Source: an uncultured Chlamydiae bacterium (GTDB lineage: Bacteria > Chlamydiota > Chlamydiia > Chlamydiales > JAJFMA01). Taken from it: a stretch of DNA of 64,000 nucleotides. The translations under genes were made by a program, and so were the position numbers. Positions 1 through 10,119 of this stretch are shown here, piece after piece. Each line of letters begins with the position of its first letter. The stretch's first letter is position 1. The DNA lies in contig CAVQMM010000001.1 in the NCBI GenBank assembly GCA_963713615.1, forward strand, positions 288,001 through 352,000, in the 5' to 3' direction. The notes beneath the pieces were generated by a model that worked only from the letters and a program-made list of their open reading frames with translations, had not been told where the DNA came from and made no database searches.

Positions 1-561
1 GGTGAGGGCGTTGTTATAAGCGGTCGTCGTATCGCTAATATGTAACGCCACTAGATCGTTAATGTTTTTCAGTAGTGGCTCTACTAGAGGAAACAATAGG
101 GTGGCGCCAAAGGCATTGAGCTGTTGTTTATCTTGACGTTGCAGGGTTCCCTCAAGCTTATTTAAGGAGTCTTGGAGTCTGTTTATCAGAGGTTGAGTCT
201 TTTCTACAATTCCGTGTTGGATGATCAGGTTACCAGGTTCAAGTCCAGGGTCAGTGGTTGTATAGTGACTCCAGGTAGTGTTGAGAGTGTTGCGAACTTG
301 TCGCACTGTATCTAGACCTTCCTCCCAGGTTAGCGTTTCATCACGTAGTTTTTGCACAGAAATAATTAGTTTATGCTCTAGAGTGTCTTGCAAGGTTGAG
401 ATCTCTTCGAGTTTATCTACGCCGCCAAAGTAGACTTCATCAATTTGCATCGCTGTGCGGTGGCCGTTGATCAATCCTATAAGGCCTACGACGAGCAGCG
501 AAAGCGAGGAAACTAGTAGGATTAGGAGTAGTCGTGTACGGACTTTAAGGTTTTTAAACAT
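1..561 (-). CDS. Methyl-accepting chemotaxis protein, 5' part (runs off window); paralog of 601-2154
   Basis: Manual translation from ATG at 561: MFKNLKVRTRLLLILLVSS...IDEVYFGGVDKLEE, near-identical N-terminus to the adjacent MCP; GGAGG RBS upstream. Confidence 0.9.
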   Translation of the reverse strand, partial: MFKNLKVRTRLLLILLVSSLSLLVVGLIGLINGHRTAMQIDEVYFGGVDKLEEISTLQDTLEHKLIISVQKLRDETLTWEEGLDTVRQVRNTLNTTWSHYTTTDPGLEPGNLIIQHGIVEKTQPLINRLQDSLNKLEGTLQRQDKQQLNAFGATLLFPLVEPLLKNINDLVALHISDTTTAYNNALT

Positions 562-600
562 ATGCCTCCGGTGATTACAATCGTTAACCTTACAATTTTA

Positions 601-2154
601 TCAAGCCTGGCGAGTTCCCATTTTCTTAGGTGTAGCAATTCTCAGTGCTTGATGCACACCATCACTCATATGGCGGTATTTGTCCGTCATTTCTTTTAAG
701 CTACTACCTGCTTGGGTAAGTGTGGTTACGGCAGAGCCGATCTGTGCCAGGTGATCCACATGCTGGTTGGTAGCTTCGCTGATTTGCGTCATCGCTATGG
801 TGATTTGCTCAGTGCCGATCAGTTGTTGCTGATTGGACAGCACGATTTGATTGGCGGCTTGAGTGACTTTACCCATTTTGATGACTAGATCTTTGATTGT
901 ATGGCTGGTTTGGGTGGATTGATCCACACCTTTAGCGACTGCTTTGGAACCCTGCTCGGTTGCCAATACAGCGGCTGTCGTGGCTTGTTGAATATCAGCT
1001 AAGAGTCCTCGTACCTGTATCGTAGCTCCTTTGGATTGTTCCGCGAGGGTGCGTATTTCTTGAGCGACCACGCCGAAGCTTCTGCCAACTTCGCCGGCTT
1101 TAGCTGATTCTATAGCAGCATTCACTGCTAGGAGATTGGACTGTTCCGCGATATCACCCACGCTATCCATGATTTCAGCAATGGCTAGGGATTTTTCACT
1201 CAACTTGAGAATGCTATCAGAGATGATCTGCATCCTTTCGCGTATTTGGTTAATGTCATCGATTGTCGCCATGACGGATTTTTCGCTGGAAGTGACCGTT
1301 TGAAGGGTTTCTTGAGCATTTCCTAATACATCTTTGGCCTTATCGACGGAGATATTAGCCGTTTGTTTCAATTCTTCGACGGTGGTGGTTGTTTCAGTCA
1401 CCGCAGAGGCCGTTTCGGTGGCGCCTGTAGAAAGATGATTGAGGGAAGTCATGATATCTTCAGAAGCGGCGATACATTCGACAGCATATTCCAGGGGTTT
1501 GACGATGCCACGAATACTGACGAGGGTTAGTGGAATCAGAATGGCGAAGGCCAAGCCTAGGCAGATGAGCGTTAAAACTTCATAGAAGGTAGCTGTACTA
1601 GTCGCTTCGGCGTAGTCAGATTTGGTATCCCGAACATGGATGAGGATGATTTCATTTAGGAGGATAAGAAGCTGGTCTACCTGAGGATTTAATATATTTA
1701 CGAAATTGGCCAGCTGTTGCTTGTCCTGCTTCTGGAGGATGTCTGGAAGGTCTGAAAGGCTGTTCTGAATATTCTTCAATATCTGTTTACTTCTCTCTAC
1801 CAGACGATGTTGATCAGGTAGGTTTTCGGTGCCAATTAGGGGATCACTATTAGCATAGTCATTCCAGGTTGGCATCAGGGATTGCTCCGCTTCCGAAACC
1901 GACTGTGCTGCATCTTTCCAAGAGATCTCATCACTAAGAACACGATGGATGGGGCCGAGGAGATTGGCTGAAGCAGTTACGGATACGGCGACTAACTGCT
2001 CGATTTTGTCTACGCCACCAAAATAGACCTGATCGATCTCAGATCGGTTTCGGCTTTCGCTAAACAAACCGATGATTCCCACTCCCAACAGAGCTAGCGA
2101 GGCTACGATGAGAATGAGATTTAGCCTGGTGCGCACCTTAAGGTTTTTAAACAT
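601..2154 (-). CDS. Methyl-accepting chemotaxis protein
   Basis: Two TM helices around a helical sensor; signalling hairpin IAEQSNLLAVNAAIESAKAGEVGRSFGVVAQEIRTLAEQS. Confidence 0.95.
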   Translation of the reverse strand: MFKNLKVRTRLNLILIVASLALLGVGIIGLFSESRNRSEIDQVYFGGVDKIEQLVAVSVTASANLLGPIHRVLSDEISWKDAAQSVSEAEQSLMPTWNDYANSDPLIGTENLPDQHRLVERSKQILKNIQNSLSDLPDILQKQDKQQLANFVNILNPQVDQLLILLNEIILIHVRDTKSDYAEATSTATFYEVLTLICLGLAFAILIPLTLVSIRGIVKPLEYAVECIAASEDIMTSLNHLSTGATETASAVTETTTTVEELKQTANISVDKAKDVLGNAQETLQTVTSSEKSVMATIDDINQIRERMQIISDSILKLSEKSLAIAEIMDSVGDIAEQSNLLAVNAAIESAKAGEVGRSFGVVAQEIRTLAEQSKGATIQVRGLLADIQQATTAAVLATEQGSKAVAKGVDQSTQTSHTIKDLVIKMGKVTQAANQIVLSNQQQLIGTEQITIAMTQISEATNQHVDHLAQIGSAVTTLTQAGSSLKEMTDKYRHMSDGVHQALRIATPKKMGTRQA

Positions 2155-2178
2155 ATTCCTCCAGACAGTAAATAATTC

Positions 2179-4479
2179 CTATAAAAGCTTTTTGGTGGCT
2201 CCCAGCAAGGCGCTTTGGGTAAAAGAACTTTTATCCAAGTAGGCGTTGGCGCCGATCTCGATACCCCGTTCGCGGTCTTCTTTGGAACCCCTGCCGGTGC
2301 AGATGATAATGGGTAAGTCCTTGAGAGACTCGGTAGATCGCACCTTCTCAGCCAGCTTAAAGCCGTCCATACGGGGCATTTCGATGTCGGTCAGCAGTAT
2401 GTCGAATTGTTCTATCTGTAGTGTTCCCAGAGCTTCAAGTCCATCGGAGGCCGTTTTGACCTCGTAGCCAGCAGACTCCAAGATGTTTTTGAGAAGTAAT
2501 CGTGTTGTAATGGAGTCTTCGACGACAAGGATGCGCTTCTTCCTTATGGTCTTGCCAGAATGAGTGGGAGAGGTACGTCGAGTGACTTCGCCTCTGATGG
2601 CGCTATGTACGAGGTCAGTGGGGTTGAGGATAGGAATAACTTTACCCCACTCCATGATTGTAGCAGCCATGATATTTCTGACCCGTTGGCACTGTTTACC
2701 CAGGCTCTTCACGAGTACCTCATGCTCTCGGTGGATAGCATCGGCTCCGAAGGCAATGTTCTTTTCCTCGGACCTAACAATAAGAACAAATAGAGACTCT
2801 GGAGAGGTTGAGGTGTCCGCGTGGGCGATATTGAGGACGTTGGCGAGGTGGATGTAAGAAATCGGGTGGTTATCTATCGTGATAGCCTCGGAATTTTCCA
2901 TGGTCTTGATGTCGCCTTTTTTAACGCGAAGGACTCTGATGACGTTATGCGTGGGCATGATGAAGTCTTGGTTAGCGACGGTAATATGGATGCCACGAAA
3001 TGTTGCCAGTGTAAGGGGTAATACTAGGCGGAAGCTAGTCCCTTCGCCGGGAATGGACTCGACAAAGACATGTCCACCTAGCTTATCCGTTTTTTCAGAG
3101 ACAATACCAAGGCCAAGACCACGACCTGATAGTTCGGTGATGATGGGGCTAGTGGATACTCCGGAGTGAAAAGCTAGTTTGAGTGCTTCCGTGTTAGACA
3201 TCGCATCGAGTTCTTTTTGGGTAAGAGCAGTCTGTTTGATGGCAACTTGCTTGAGCTTGCTAATATCAAAGCCACGTCCATCATCGCTTACCGATAACTC
3301 TACATTCCCGCCACCGGTCTCAGCAGCGATAATACGGATGGTGCCACATGATGCCTTGCCGCTCCTGGCTCGTTCTTCTGGAGATTCAATGCCGTGGTCG
3401 ATGCTGTTGCGAATCAGATGAATCATGGGGTCCTTGATTTCTTCTAGAATCCTTCGGTCAACCTCGATATCCCCACCTTGAAACTCTAGATGAACCTCTT
3501 TTCCCAGCTCGTGAGCAATGTCGCGAACCATGCGTGGCATTGCTTCAAATAGGGTACTGACGGGCTGCATCAGCACTTTTTTGATGTCTTCTAGCAAGGT
3601 ATCAACAAGAGTGCTTACGAAGTGCGCGTTCTGCTCAGAGGTCTTTGTCAAGCTATTAAGGGAATCTCTAAAGGACTTCATGGAACTTTGTTGCTGACTT
3701 AGGAAGCCTATGACCTTGTCCAAGAGCTTTCGATCTTGCAGGTGAACTTGATCTTCGCGTGGTGCATGTTGGAGGCTTTGAGCATCAAAAAGCAGACGAG
3801 TAAGCTCCTTTTCGCGAGTAAGGAATTCTGCTAAGAGGTGCTTAAGATCGACCAGTTCTTGTTGGGTGACGAGTTTCACCATGAGCATTTCTTCGGCCTC
3901 TTGGAAGAGACGATCAAGCTTAGCTAGGGAAATGCGAACTGTTTTGTCCCGATACATTTCTCCGAGGGGTTTGCTCTCTGCGGGTTCTTGTTTTATCAGC
4001 TTTTCAAGCTGTGGAAGAACGGCTTCTAAGGGTTCTGTAGGGTTTCCAAGTTCTACTTCGCTACGTTCTTCCGGGGTTTCTGCAGGCGGATTAAGCAATT
4101 CCCTTAGTTTATCTACTATTCGATTGATGGTATCACTATCTGGGGGGGTAGCGAGGGCGTCTGTTATAGCATCGATAGTAGCGTGCAGAGTATCGAATAG
4201 GGCTGTTGTAGGTTCTAGAGTATGTTGTTTCCAGGCTGAGAGCACATTTTCCAATGATTGACAAATCTCTTGGATACCGCGTTGATTTACCGAACGAGCG
4301 GCCCCCTTCAAGCTATGGGCTTCTCGGTATATTACTTCGATCGTTTGTTCGAGCTGTTCCTGGGGGGGATTGTCTTCGAGTATCAGGATCCCCTCAGACA
4401 ATGTTTGTAAATGCTCCTCGGCCTCCACTCGAAATGTAGCTACTAGCTTGGTAAGAAATTCGTCTTCTTTTTGTCCCAT
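2179..4479 (-). CDS. cheA: CheA-type hybrid histidine kinase (Hpt-HATPase-CheW-REC), WspE-like
   Basis: Hpt REAHSLKGAA, HLIRNSIDHGIE, DDGRG, SGRGLGL, C-terminal receiver (VVEDS...TDIEMPRMDG); start placed at MGQKED. Confidence 0.95.
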   Translation of the reverse strand: MGQKEDEFLTKLVATFRVEAEEHLQTLSEGILILEDNPPQEQLEQTIEVIYREAHSLKGAARSVNQRGIQEICQSLENVLSAWKQHTLEPTTALFDTLHATIDAITDALATPPDSDTINRIVDKLRELLNPPAETPEERSEVELGNPTEPLEAVLPQLEKLIKQEPAESKPLGEMYRDKTVRISLAKLDRLFQEAEEMLMVKLVTQQELVDLKHLLAEFLTREKELTRLLFDAQSLQHAPREDQVHLQDRKLLDKVIGFLSQQQSSMKSFRDSLNSLTKTSEQNAHFVSTLVDTLLEDIKKVLMQPVSTLFEAMPRMVRDIAHELGKEVHLEFQGGDIEVDRRILEEIKDPMIHLIRNSIDHGIESPEERARSGKASCGTIRIIAAETGGGNVELSVSDDGRGFDISKLKQVAIKQTALTQKELDAMSNTEALKLAFHSGVSTSPIITELSGRGLGLGIVSEKTDKLGGHVFVESIPGEGTSFRLVLPLTLATFRGIHITVANQDFIMPTHNVIRVLRVKKGDIKTMENSEAITIDNHPISYIHLANVLNIAHADTSTSPESLFVLIVRSEEKNIAFGADAIHREHEVLVKSLGKQCQRVRNIMAATIMEWGKVIPILNPTDLVHSAIRGEVTRRTSPTHSGKTIRKKRILVVEDSITTRLLLKNILESAGYEVKTASDGLEALGTLQIEQFDILLTDIEMPRMDGFKLAEKVRSTESLKDLPIIICTGRGSKEDRERGIEIGANAYLDKSSFTQSALLGATKKLL

Positions 4480-4492
4480 AGCCTTTTCCTGT

Positions 4493-5044
4493 TTAAGCGG
4501 TGTCCGCGGTCTCATCTACCATAATGTGTTTGCTCAATAGGAGCTTTTGCCCATCAAGAATCACAATGCCATCTCTGGTAATGCCTTTGAGGAAGTCTTG
4601 ACGGATGCCTGTCAGGGTCGGCAGTGATGGCTCGATGTTATCCATAGAGAGTCTTTGAATTCCTATGATCCCATCGCTAAGGATGGCAAATTCCTTTTGG
4701 CTATCCGATAGAATGATCAATTTTTGCTCTACCTCGGGTTCAGAGGTCAGAGAGAAGAAAAATTTGAGGTCTACGATAGCAAGGATTTTCCTTCTCAGGT
4801 TCACCAGGCCATAGAGGTAAGGAGGAGTGCACGGCAGAGGGGTGAAATCTCTAAGAGGATACACTTCCTTCACATATTGCGTTTCTAGTGCATATTGTTC
4901 CGCAGAAAGTTTGAAGACAAGGAGCTCGAGGGTTTTTTCCGAGATCGTTTCTCTATCCACAACAGGTCTAGCAAGATCTGCGGCACGTCTTTGTAAAATC
5001 TGTTTGGACTTTGTCAAGGTATCTTGACTATTCGTGCTACTCAT
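4493..5044 (-). CDS. cheW: CheW adaptor (WspD-like)
   Basis: LLVFKL...YAL...V.EV...TPLPCTPPYLYGLVNLRRKIL. Confidence 0.9.
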   Translation of the reverse strand: MSSTNSQDTLTKSKQILQRRAADLARPVVDRETISEKTLELLVFKLSAEQYALETQYVKEVYPLRDFTPLPCTPPYLYGLVNLRRKILAIVDLKFFFSLTSEPEVEQKLIILSDSQKEFAILSDGIIGIQRLSMDNIEPSLPTLTGIRQDFLKGITRDGIVILDGQKLLLSKHIMVDETADTA

Positions 5045-6623
5045 CTTTATGACTCCTCAAAATAGCTGACAGATACTCTTTGATGTGCTCAGCGGTGAGC
5101 TCTTCGGTTCCTGGAAGGATGTCATGCGGTGCATAACCTCCTGCCAATTCTAATGCTTCTCGAAAGGCCTTCCTAGCACTAGGTATTTTGTGGTTCTGTC
5201 GTTCCAACAACCCCAATAAATAGTGCGCGGCGACGAAATCAGGGTCTAGGAAAATGGCCCTTTTAAGAGACTTAATAGCGCTATCATGTTGGTTAAGGTC
5301 TGACAACACCTCTGCATGGAGATAATGTAGGATGGGATCGAGTTTGTTAGCTTTTAATGCCGCTTCGCACCACGTTAAGGCTTGTTTGAGGTCTCCTTGA
5401 TTGGCATAGGTGCGGATGAGTAGGATGACCTCATTAGCGCGTTGTCGAAGAACTTCCAGATTGCTTTGGCCAGGCGACAGTGCTTTTAATAGGATATTAA
5501 TGGCTTTATCGTAGTGTTTTTGGCGTACTAAGAGGGAGCAGGTGTTGTAAATTTCATCACTGGTAGGTGTTTGTGGTGGCTCGACAGCTGGCTTTGGTAG
5601 CAACAGCTCTGGCTTGGAGGTAAAGCGGTATTCTAGCACGGGAGTTGCCGATTTAAGAAATGCGGGGAGGACCACCCTTAACAAGAGATCCTCGTGATCG
5701 TTCGGCACAGAGGTTGCCGCAGGAGCAGGCACCACGTGGCTGTTTTTGAACTTATGCTCTGCTATGGGATGCGAAATGGTATCTTTCTGGAAGAAAATGG
5801 TTCCCTCAAAGCTGTGTGGAGAAAGATACGCGTGATTAATGAAAGGGGCCTCGATGGGCGTGCTGCTCAACCAGCCTTCACGGCCAAGCGCTTGGGTGAG
5901 GCGGTTGATGGTACTCTCAATCTGTTTGCAACCGAAATAGATTAAGACATTATTGCATAGAATGAGGTCCGTGGCTGCTTCTTGACTATCGGAAGAATGC
6001 GTATTGCCATCCACTAGGTTGATGTTAACGAAGGAGACCATATCTCGTATTGCTGGGATAAGCTGATAGCTGCCATTGCTCTGTTTGCAGAAGTATTGGT
6101 TGATAACTTCTCGAGGTGTTGCTCTTAACGACCATCTGCTATAGATCCCTCGTCGCGCCTTTTGCAGGAAGGCAGGATTGATGTCAGAGCCTAACAGATG
6201 AATATTCCAGTCCCTATAGTCGGGCAACCGACGTTGTATAGCTATAGCTAGCGAGTAGGGCTCCTCGCCAGTGCAGCAGCCTGCCGACCAAATTCGCAAA
6301 TGGCGGTCGTTTCTGTGTTTAGCGATAAGGTCAGGCAACAGAATATTTTCGATGACCGCAAAAGCTTGTGAGTCGCGAAAGAAATAGGTCTCCCCGATGG
6401 TAAGGTGATAGGCCAAGTCGGCAATGAGCTCATTGTGTGAAAGATGCTTGATGAGGGCCTTAACACATGTTGACAAATCCCCAAAACCTAAAGAGAGCAT
6501 CAGGGGGACCAGCTTCTTTTCGAGGTCCTTCCAACGCTCTCTGGGAAAGCAGAGGCCTGTTTTATCCGCCAGGATATCGGAGAATTGTTCTAGGAGACTT
6601 TCTGACATCACGGGTTGACTCAT
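5037..6623 (-). CDS. cheR: CheR methyltransferase with C-terminal TPRs (WspC-like)
   Basis: TIGETYFFRD, RIWSAGCCTGEEPYS, DLILCNNVLIYF, then TPR-like helices (ALKANKLDPILHYL, AIFLDPDFVAAHYLLG). Confidence 0.93.
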   Translation of the reverse strand: MSQPVMSESLLEQFSDILADKTGLCFPRERWKDLEKKLVPLMLSLGFGDLSTCVKALIKHLSHNELIADLAYHLTIGETYFFRDSQAFAVIENILLPDLIAKHRNDRHLRIWSAGCCTGEEPYSLAIAIQRRLPDYRDWNIHLLGSDINPAFLQKARRGIYSRWSLRATPREVINQYFCKQSNGSYQLIPAIRDMVSFVNINLVDGNTHSSDSQEAATDLILCNNVLIYFGCKQIESTINRLTQALGREGWLSSTPIEAPFINHAYLSPHSFEGTIFFQKDTISHPIAEHKFKNSHVVPAPAATSVPNDHEDLLLRVVLPAFLKSATPVLEYRFTSKPELLLPKPAVEPPQTPTSDEIYNTCSLLVRQKHYDKAINILLKALSPGQSNLEVLRQRANEVILLIRTYANQGDLKQALTWCEAALKANKLDPILHYLHAEVLSDLNQHDSAIKSLKRAIFLDPDFVAAHYLLGLLERQNHKIPSARKAFREALELAGGYAPHDILPGTEELTAEHIKEYLSAILRSHKDE

Positions 6624-6631
6624 AGCCTCTC

Positions 6632-7060
6632 CTAGCTGTGAAGTACGGGACCTCGAGACCCAATGAGCTTTTCCAAATCAAAGATCAGAGTAATTTTGCC
6701 ATCTTCTTTCAAGGCATACCTTACCGTGTCACAATCCGGCATCACATCTTGCGCAGGAATGAGATCCTCTTGGCGACAGTGCTTGACCTGGATCACCCGA
6801 TCGACCCAAAGGGCTATGGGCTTGTGGCGATCTCGACACACAACAAAATGGTCGTCAATGCTTAGGGTTTTGTGGGGAAGTCCCAGCAGCTGACGCAGGC
6901 TCAGCACGGGCATAATCTGACCATGGATATTGATAGCACCTAAAATATGACTCGGAGAGTTGGGGATAGGTGTAATCTCTAGGGCTAAGATACTGCGTTC
7001 CACCACCGCAAGATCGAATCCGTAACGTTGGTCTCCGATGCTGCAGATAAGGATATGCAT
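6632..7060 (-). CDS. cheW: CheW adaptor (WspB-like)
   Basis: ITPIPNSPSHILGAINIHGQIMPVLSLR. Confidence 0.9.
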   Translation of the reverse strand: MHILICSIGDQRYGFDLAVVERSILALEITPIPNSPSHILGAINIHGQIMPVLSLRQLLGLPHKTLSIDDHFVVCRDRHKPIALWVDRVIQVKHCRQEDLIPAQDVMPDCDTVRYALKEDGKITLIFDLEKLIGSRGPVLHS

Positions 7061-7135
7061 GGCCTTACCCCCTTTCCTCCCTCATACCCCTATCCCCTTA
7101 TTTAACGCAAAGATGCGGGAAATCCAAGCCCGAGC

Positions 7136-7531
7136 TTAGGAGGATAGGATGGCTAACATGGTTCGTTCAACTTTTTAGGAGTAACACGGATGCACACGGA
7201 TCTAGGAGGATTTAGGAGGATAGGATGGCTAACATGGTTCGTTCAACTTTTTAGGAGTAACACGGATGCACACGGATCTAGGAGGATTTAGGAGGATAAG
7301 ATGGCAAACACGGTTCGTGTCGTTTTTAGGAGTAACACGGATGCACACGGATCTAGGAGGATTTAGGAGGATAAGATGGCAAACACGGTTCATTTTCAAC
7401 TATTGTGTTCATTCCACCTTAAAACCTTTTTTTTGTTTTAGATTAACGAACGGTATCTGCTCTCCCAATCCTCCTAAATCCTCCTAGATCCGTGTGCATC
7501 CGTGTTACTCCTAAAAAGCTGAACGAACCGT
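7136..7531. repeat. Family A element: tandem 75-76 bp units plus an inverted terminal unit
   Basis: TTAGGAGTAACACGGATGCACACGGATCTAGGAGGATTTAGGAGGATA at 7175, 7251, 7326; reverse-complement copy at ~7468-7514. Confidence 0.95.
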
Positions 7532-7621
7532 GTGTAGTTAAGTCCATCCACACAATCTTCTTTGTAGTGAAATGACCCTTAGTGATACAATGTAAAGCCT
7601 TTATGAATTCCGTGGAGGGTT

Positions 7622-8593
7622 ATGATGTTCAGTAAATTAAAAGTAGTGTTGGCTGTTTCGATATTGTTATCGTTAAATTCTTTTGTTGAATCAGTCGAAA
7701 ACTCTATCGTTCCTTTGGCGGAATCCGTGCAAATCCGTGCTAACATCGATGCTAGGAAGTATTCGACTTGTCAGTACAAGGAGATTATCTCGGCTCTGGC
7801 TCGAAAGGACGAGAGCATCAGGTTGATGACTTACAATGTGTTATTTCCTCTGCATGACCATGAGCTGCCATCCATTCATCATTGGCCTCAGCGCATTTCT
7901 CGTATCGTAGAATTGATTGCAGAGATGCAGCCTGATATTATTGGTGTTCAAGAGCTCATGCATAGTCAGTTGATGGATCTTCTTCCACACCTATCGAACG
8001 CCTATGCTTTCTTTTCCAGAGAGGGCAAAGACGGTGAGTTAAATGGCTTTTTCTACCGCAAAAACCGCTTTGAGTTAATCGAAACTCGAGTGTGGGGTAA
8101 GGCATTGACAATGCTCCAGCTCAGAGACCAAAAAACCAACAAGTCTTTTGCCGTTTTTAATACCCACTTGGCGTTTGGCAACGTGAATAAACGAGAAAGT
8201 CAGGCTCGCTTTATCGCAGAGGCCATTGACCCATATGCGCGTCGAATGCCTGTCGCTCTAGTTGGGGATATGAACACTTTTCCTCAGCGCCCGGAGTTGT
8301 CAGCTCTGCCATTTCTTGATGGAGACTACATCCAGCGCATTTTTACCCGTGGAGAGCTCGAAGATGCCAGAGATGTCTCAGTCTTGGGGCATATAGGCCC
8401 GCTTAGCACGTTTACTAATAGCCCTCCGGAGACCAATGCATTTTCGGGTATGGGCACTCCTGGCGTATTCTTAGACCATATTTATGTTAACAGCAGGGTA
8501 ACTGTTTTGCTGCATGCCGTGGAGCCTGGAACTGTTGATGGGCATTACCCATCAGATCATATGCCAGTATTTGTTGATTGTGTAATTAATTAA
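7622..8593 (+). CDS. Secreted endonuclease/exonuclease/phosphatase (EEP) family protein
   Basis: Signal peptide; MTYNV, PDIIGVQE, NTHL, GDMN, LDHIY, SDHMPV motifs. Confidence 0.92.
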   Translation: MMFSKLKVVLAVSILLSLNSFVESVENSIVPLAESVQIRANIDARKYSTCQYKEIISALARKDESIRLMTYNVLFPLHDHELPSIHHWPQRISRIVELIAEMQPDIIGVQELMHSQLMDLLPHLSNAYAFFSREGKDGELNGFFYRKNRFELIETRVWGKALTMLQLRDQKTNKSFAVFNTHLAFGNVNKRESQARFIAEAIDPYARRMPVALVGDMNTFPQRPELSALPFLDGDYIQRIFTRGELEDARDVSVLGHIGPLSTFTNSPPETNAFSGMGTPGVFLDHIYVNSRVTVLLHAVEPGTVDGHYPSDHMPVFVDCVIN

Positions 8594-8607
8594 TATAACA
8601 AAAGAAT

Positions 8608-8636
8608 TTGAATTAAAATACCGTACTTGTTATTAT
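8608..8636 (+). promoter_or_regulatory. Sigma66/70-type promoter
   Basis: TTGAAT-17 nt-TATTAT, predicting a TSS at ~8642-8644. Confidence 0.6.
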
Positions 8637-8642
8637 TGAAAT

Positions 8643-8855
8643 TGAAGGGAGGGAAGAGGCTCATCGAACTGACCTCATGCCGACGAAATCCTTGCCTCTG
8701 ACGGCAAGCATTATTTTGAGACTTATTTTGGAAAGCAACAAGATGAGTCTTAACCATAGGATCAGTGGGCTGAGGACTATAATTGTAAATTTGTTTGATT
8801 AGTCAGGCGATTTTCAATTTAGGTTGTTTAGATGAGCTGGTCTCTTTCCCTTCAC
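8643..8855 (+). ncRNA. Candidate structured ncRNA (~210 nt; rod-like, possibly 6S-like)
   Basis: 5' GAAGGGA..GCTCATC..GACCT pairs with 3' AGGTT..GATGAGC..TCCCTTC; inner GAAATC/GATTTT, GCCT..GAC/GTCAGGC, CAAGCA/TGTTTG; 15-bp hairpin with G-U pairs; starts at predicted TSS; no ORF in the track. Confidence 0.55.
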
Positions 8856-8946
8856 AATTGATAAAATAAAAGCTTGCGTTGCTCGAAACGACAAGCTGTA
8901 TTATGTTGACCTCTATTAAAATCGTCCAAGGCGTAGTTTTGATCCT

Positions 8947-9798
8947 ATGAGCGACTCAATAGCCCCATATTCTGCCGATCAAGATCGATGGTATCATTTC
9001 AGATCAAAGGGTATTGTTGCGCCTTTTTCCTCAAATAGTGGATCCTCTTCTGGTATATCTGCCGATACCTATCGAGGGCCTACAGTTGATTCCATCTCAA
9101 AAGGACCTTTAGGACCAGCATTTGACACCTTTCGAGTGGATAGCATAGACATACCGCCGGTGGTGCCCACTATACTGTCTGCCGAAGGCGTATCTGTGTT
9201 TATCGGACCCGACGGAGGTGGAGCTGCAGCGATGATCGTTCGTCCTCCGCAGTTTGAGGCTGTACCGCCTTGGTTGGCTGAGGTGCGCCGCAAGGAGGAG
9301 ATTGAAAAATCTGTGCAGCGCAGTGCGCGAAACGCGCCAGTGGTTCCGGGATCGCCGGGATGGTTATCGGTTTTGGGACGCTTTGTACTGGGACCCGTTT
9401 CGCGGATGACGAGTTTATTCCAGCAGCAGGGAACACGCTTTGTAGAATCGATTCTTGCACCTACAGCTAAGATTTTGGCTAGGCCCATTGTAGCGTTTGT
9501 CCGTTTGTTAGCTAACGTGGCTGGTCATATGATAAGGTTTGTTAATCGTATCGTCCCACCACTATGGGCGCCTATTGAGTGGACATTGATCCAGGCGGGG
9601 AATTGGATAGACAAGCAGTATCAGAGGGTTCAGCCTTATGTAAAAAGGGGCATAGAGCAAGCCTTGGGATTTGGGAAGCGTGTTTTGGACACTCTTATCT
9701 TAGAGGCTCCTAAGGCCGCTTGGGCAATTGTTAAGAGTATCCCAGAATTCCTAGGCAATTGGATAAATGGACTGGCAGATCGCAGTCACAGTCGTTGA
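8947..9798 (+). CDS. Hypothetical protein (S/P-rich N-terminus, amphipathic C-terminus)
   Basis: 283-aa ORF; no family recognised. Confidence 0.7.
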   Translation: MSDSIAPYSADQDRWYHFRSKGIVAPFSSNSGSSSGISADTYRGPTVDSISKGPLGPAFDTFRVDSIDIPPVVPTILSAEGVSVFIGPDGGGAAAMIVRPPQFEAVPPWLAEVRRKEEIEKSVQRSARNAPVVPGSPGWLSVLGRFVLGPVSRMTSLFQQQGTRFVESILAPTAKILARPIVAFVRLLANVAGHMIRFVNRIVPPLWAPIEWTLIQAGNWIDKQYQRVQPYVKRGIEQALGFGKRVLDTLILEAPKAAWAIVKSIPEFLGNWINGLADRSHSR

Positions 9799-9926
9799 AG
9801 CCTGGTATAATTTATCTTTTTTTACATTTAGGGTTTTAAAGAATTCTTTGCTTTGGTACAAGGATAGCGCCGGTAAATTTCCATACTTTTCCAAATGAGG
9901 TCGGCGCGAAATTTTATGACAAGACC

Positions 9927-10091
9927 TATACCACACTCGGTCACAAACTTGGATTTGGACCGCGCCAAAGCTCCTGGGATTCAACGATCGCAAGCGGGTC
10001 CAATATTATCTAAATTTGACCCGTTTGCGATCGTTGAATCTCGGGAACTTTGGCGTGGGCCAAATCCAAGTTTGTGACCGAGTGTGATATA
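9927..10091. mobile_element. Family C palindromic MITE, TA-flanked
   Basis: TATA-CCACACTCGGTCACAAACTTGG...CCAAGTTTGTGACCGAGTGTGA-TATA; core shared with the 15358 and 58113 copies. Confidence 0.9.
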
Positions 10092-10119
10092 ACGTGAAAC
10101 AGAAGCAAATAGGTGCTGC

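Noticed and set aside
2246..6893. Short antisense ORFs over the che genes (and over gat, dnaE2, recN, recD2, glyQS)
   Set aside because: Shadow ORFs of long genes with no recognisable motifs
7266..7487. Repeat-peptide ORFs (also 13101-13457, 58615-58967)
   Set aside because: By-products of the 75-bp unit; no independent evidence of coding
8643..8855. Structured region as tmRNA, RNase P, SRP or tRNA
   Set aside because: Lacks their hallmark motifs (tRNA-like ends, GAGGAAAGUCC, SRP GGAA loop); no tRNA or rRNA recognised anywhere in the window
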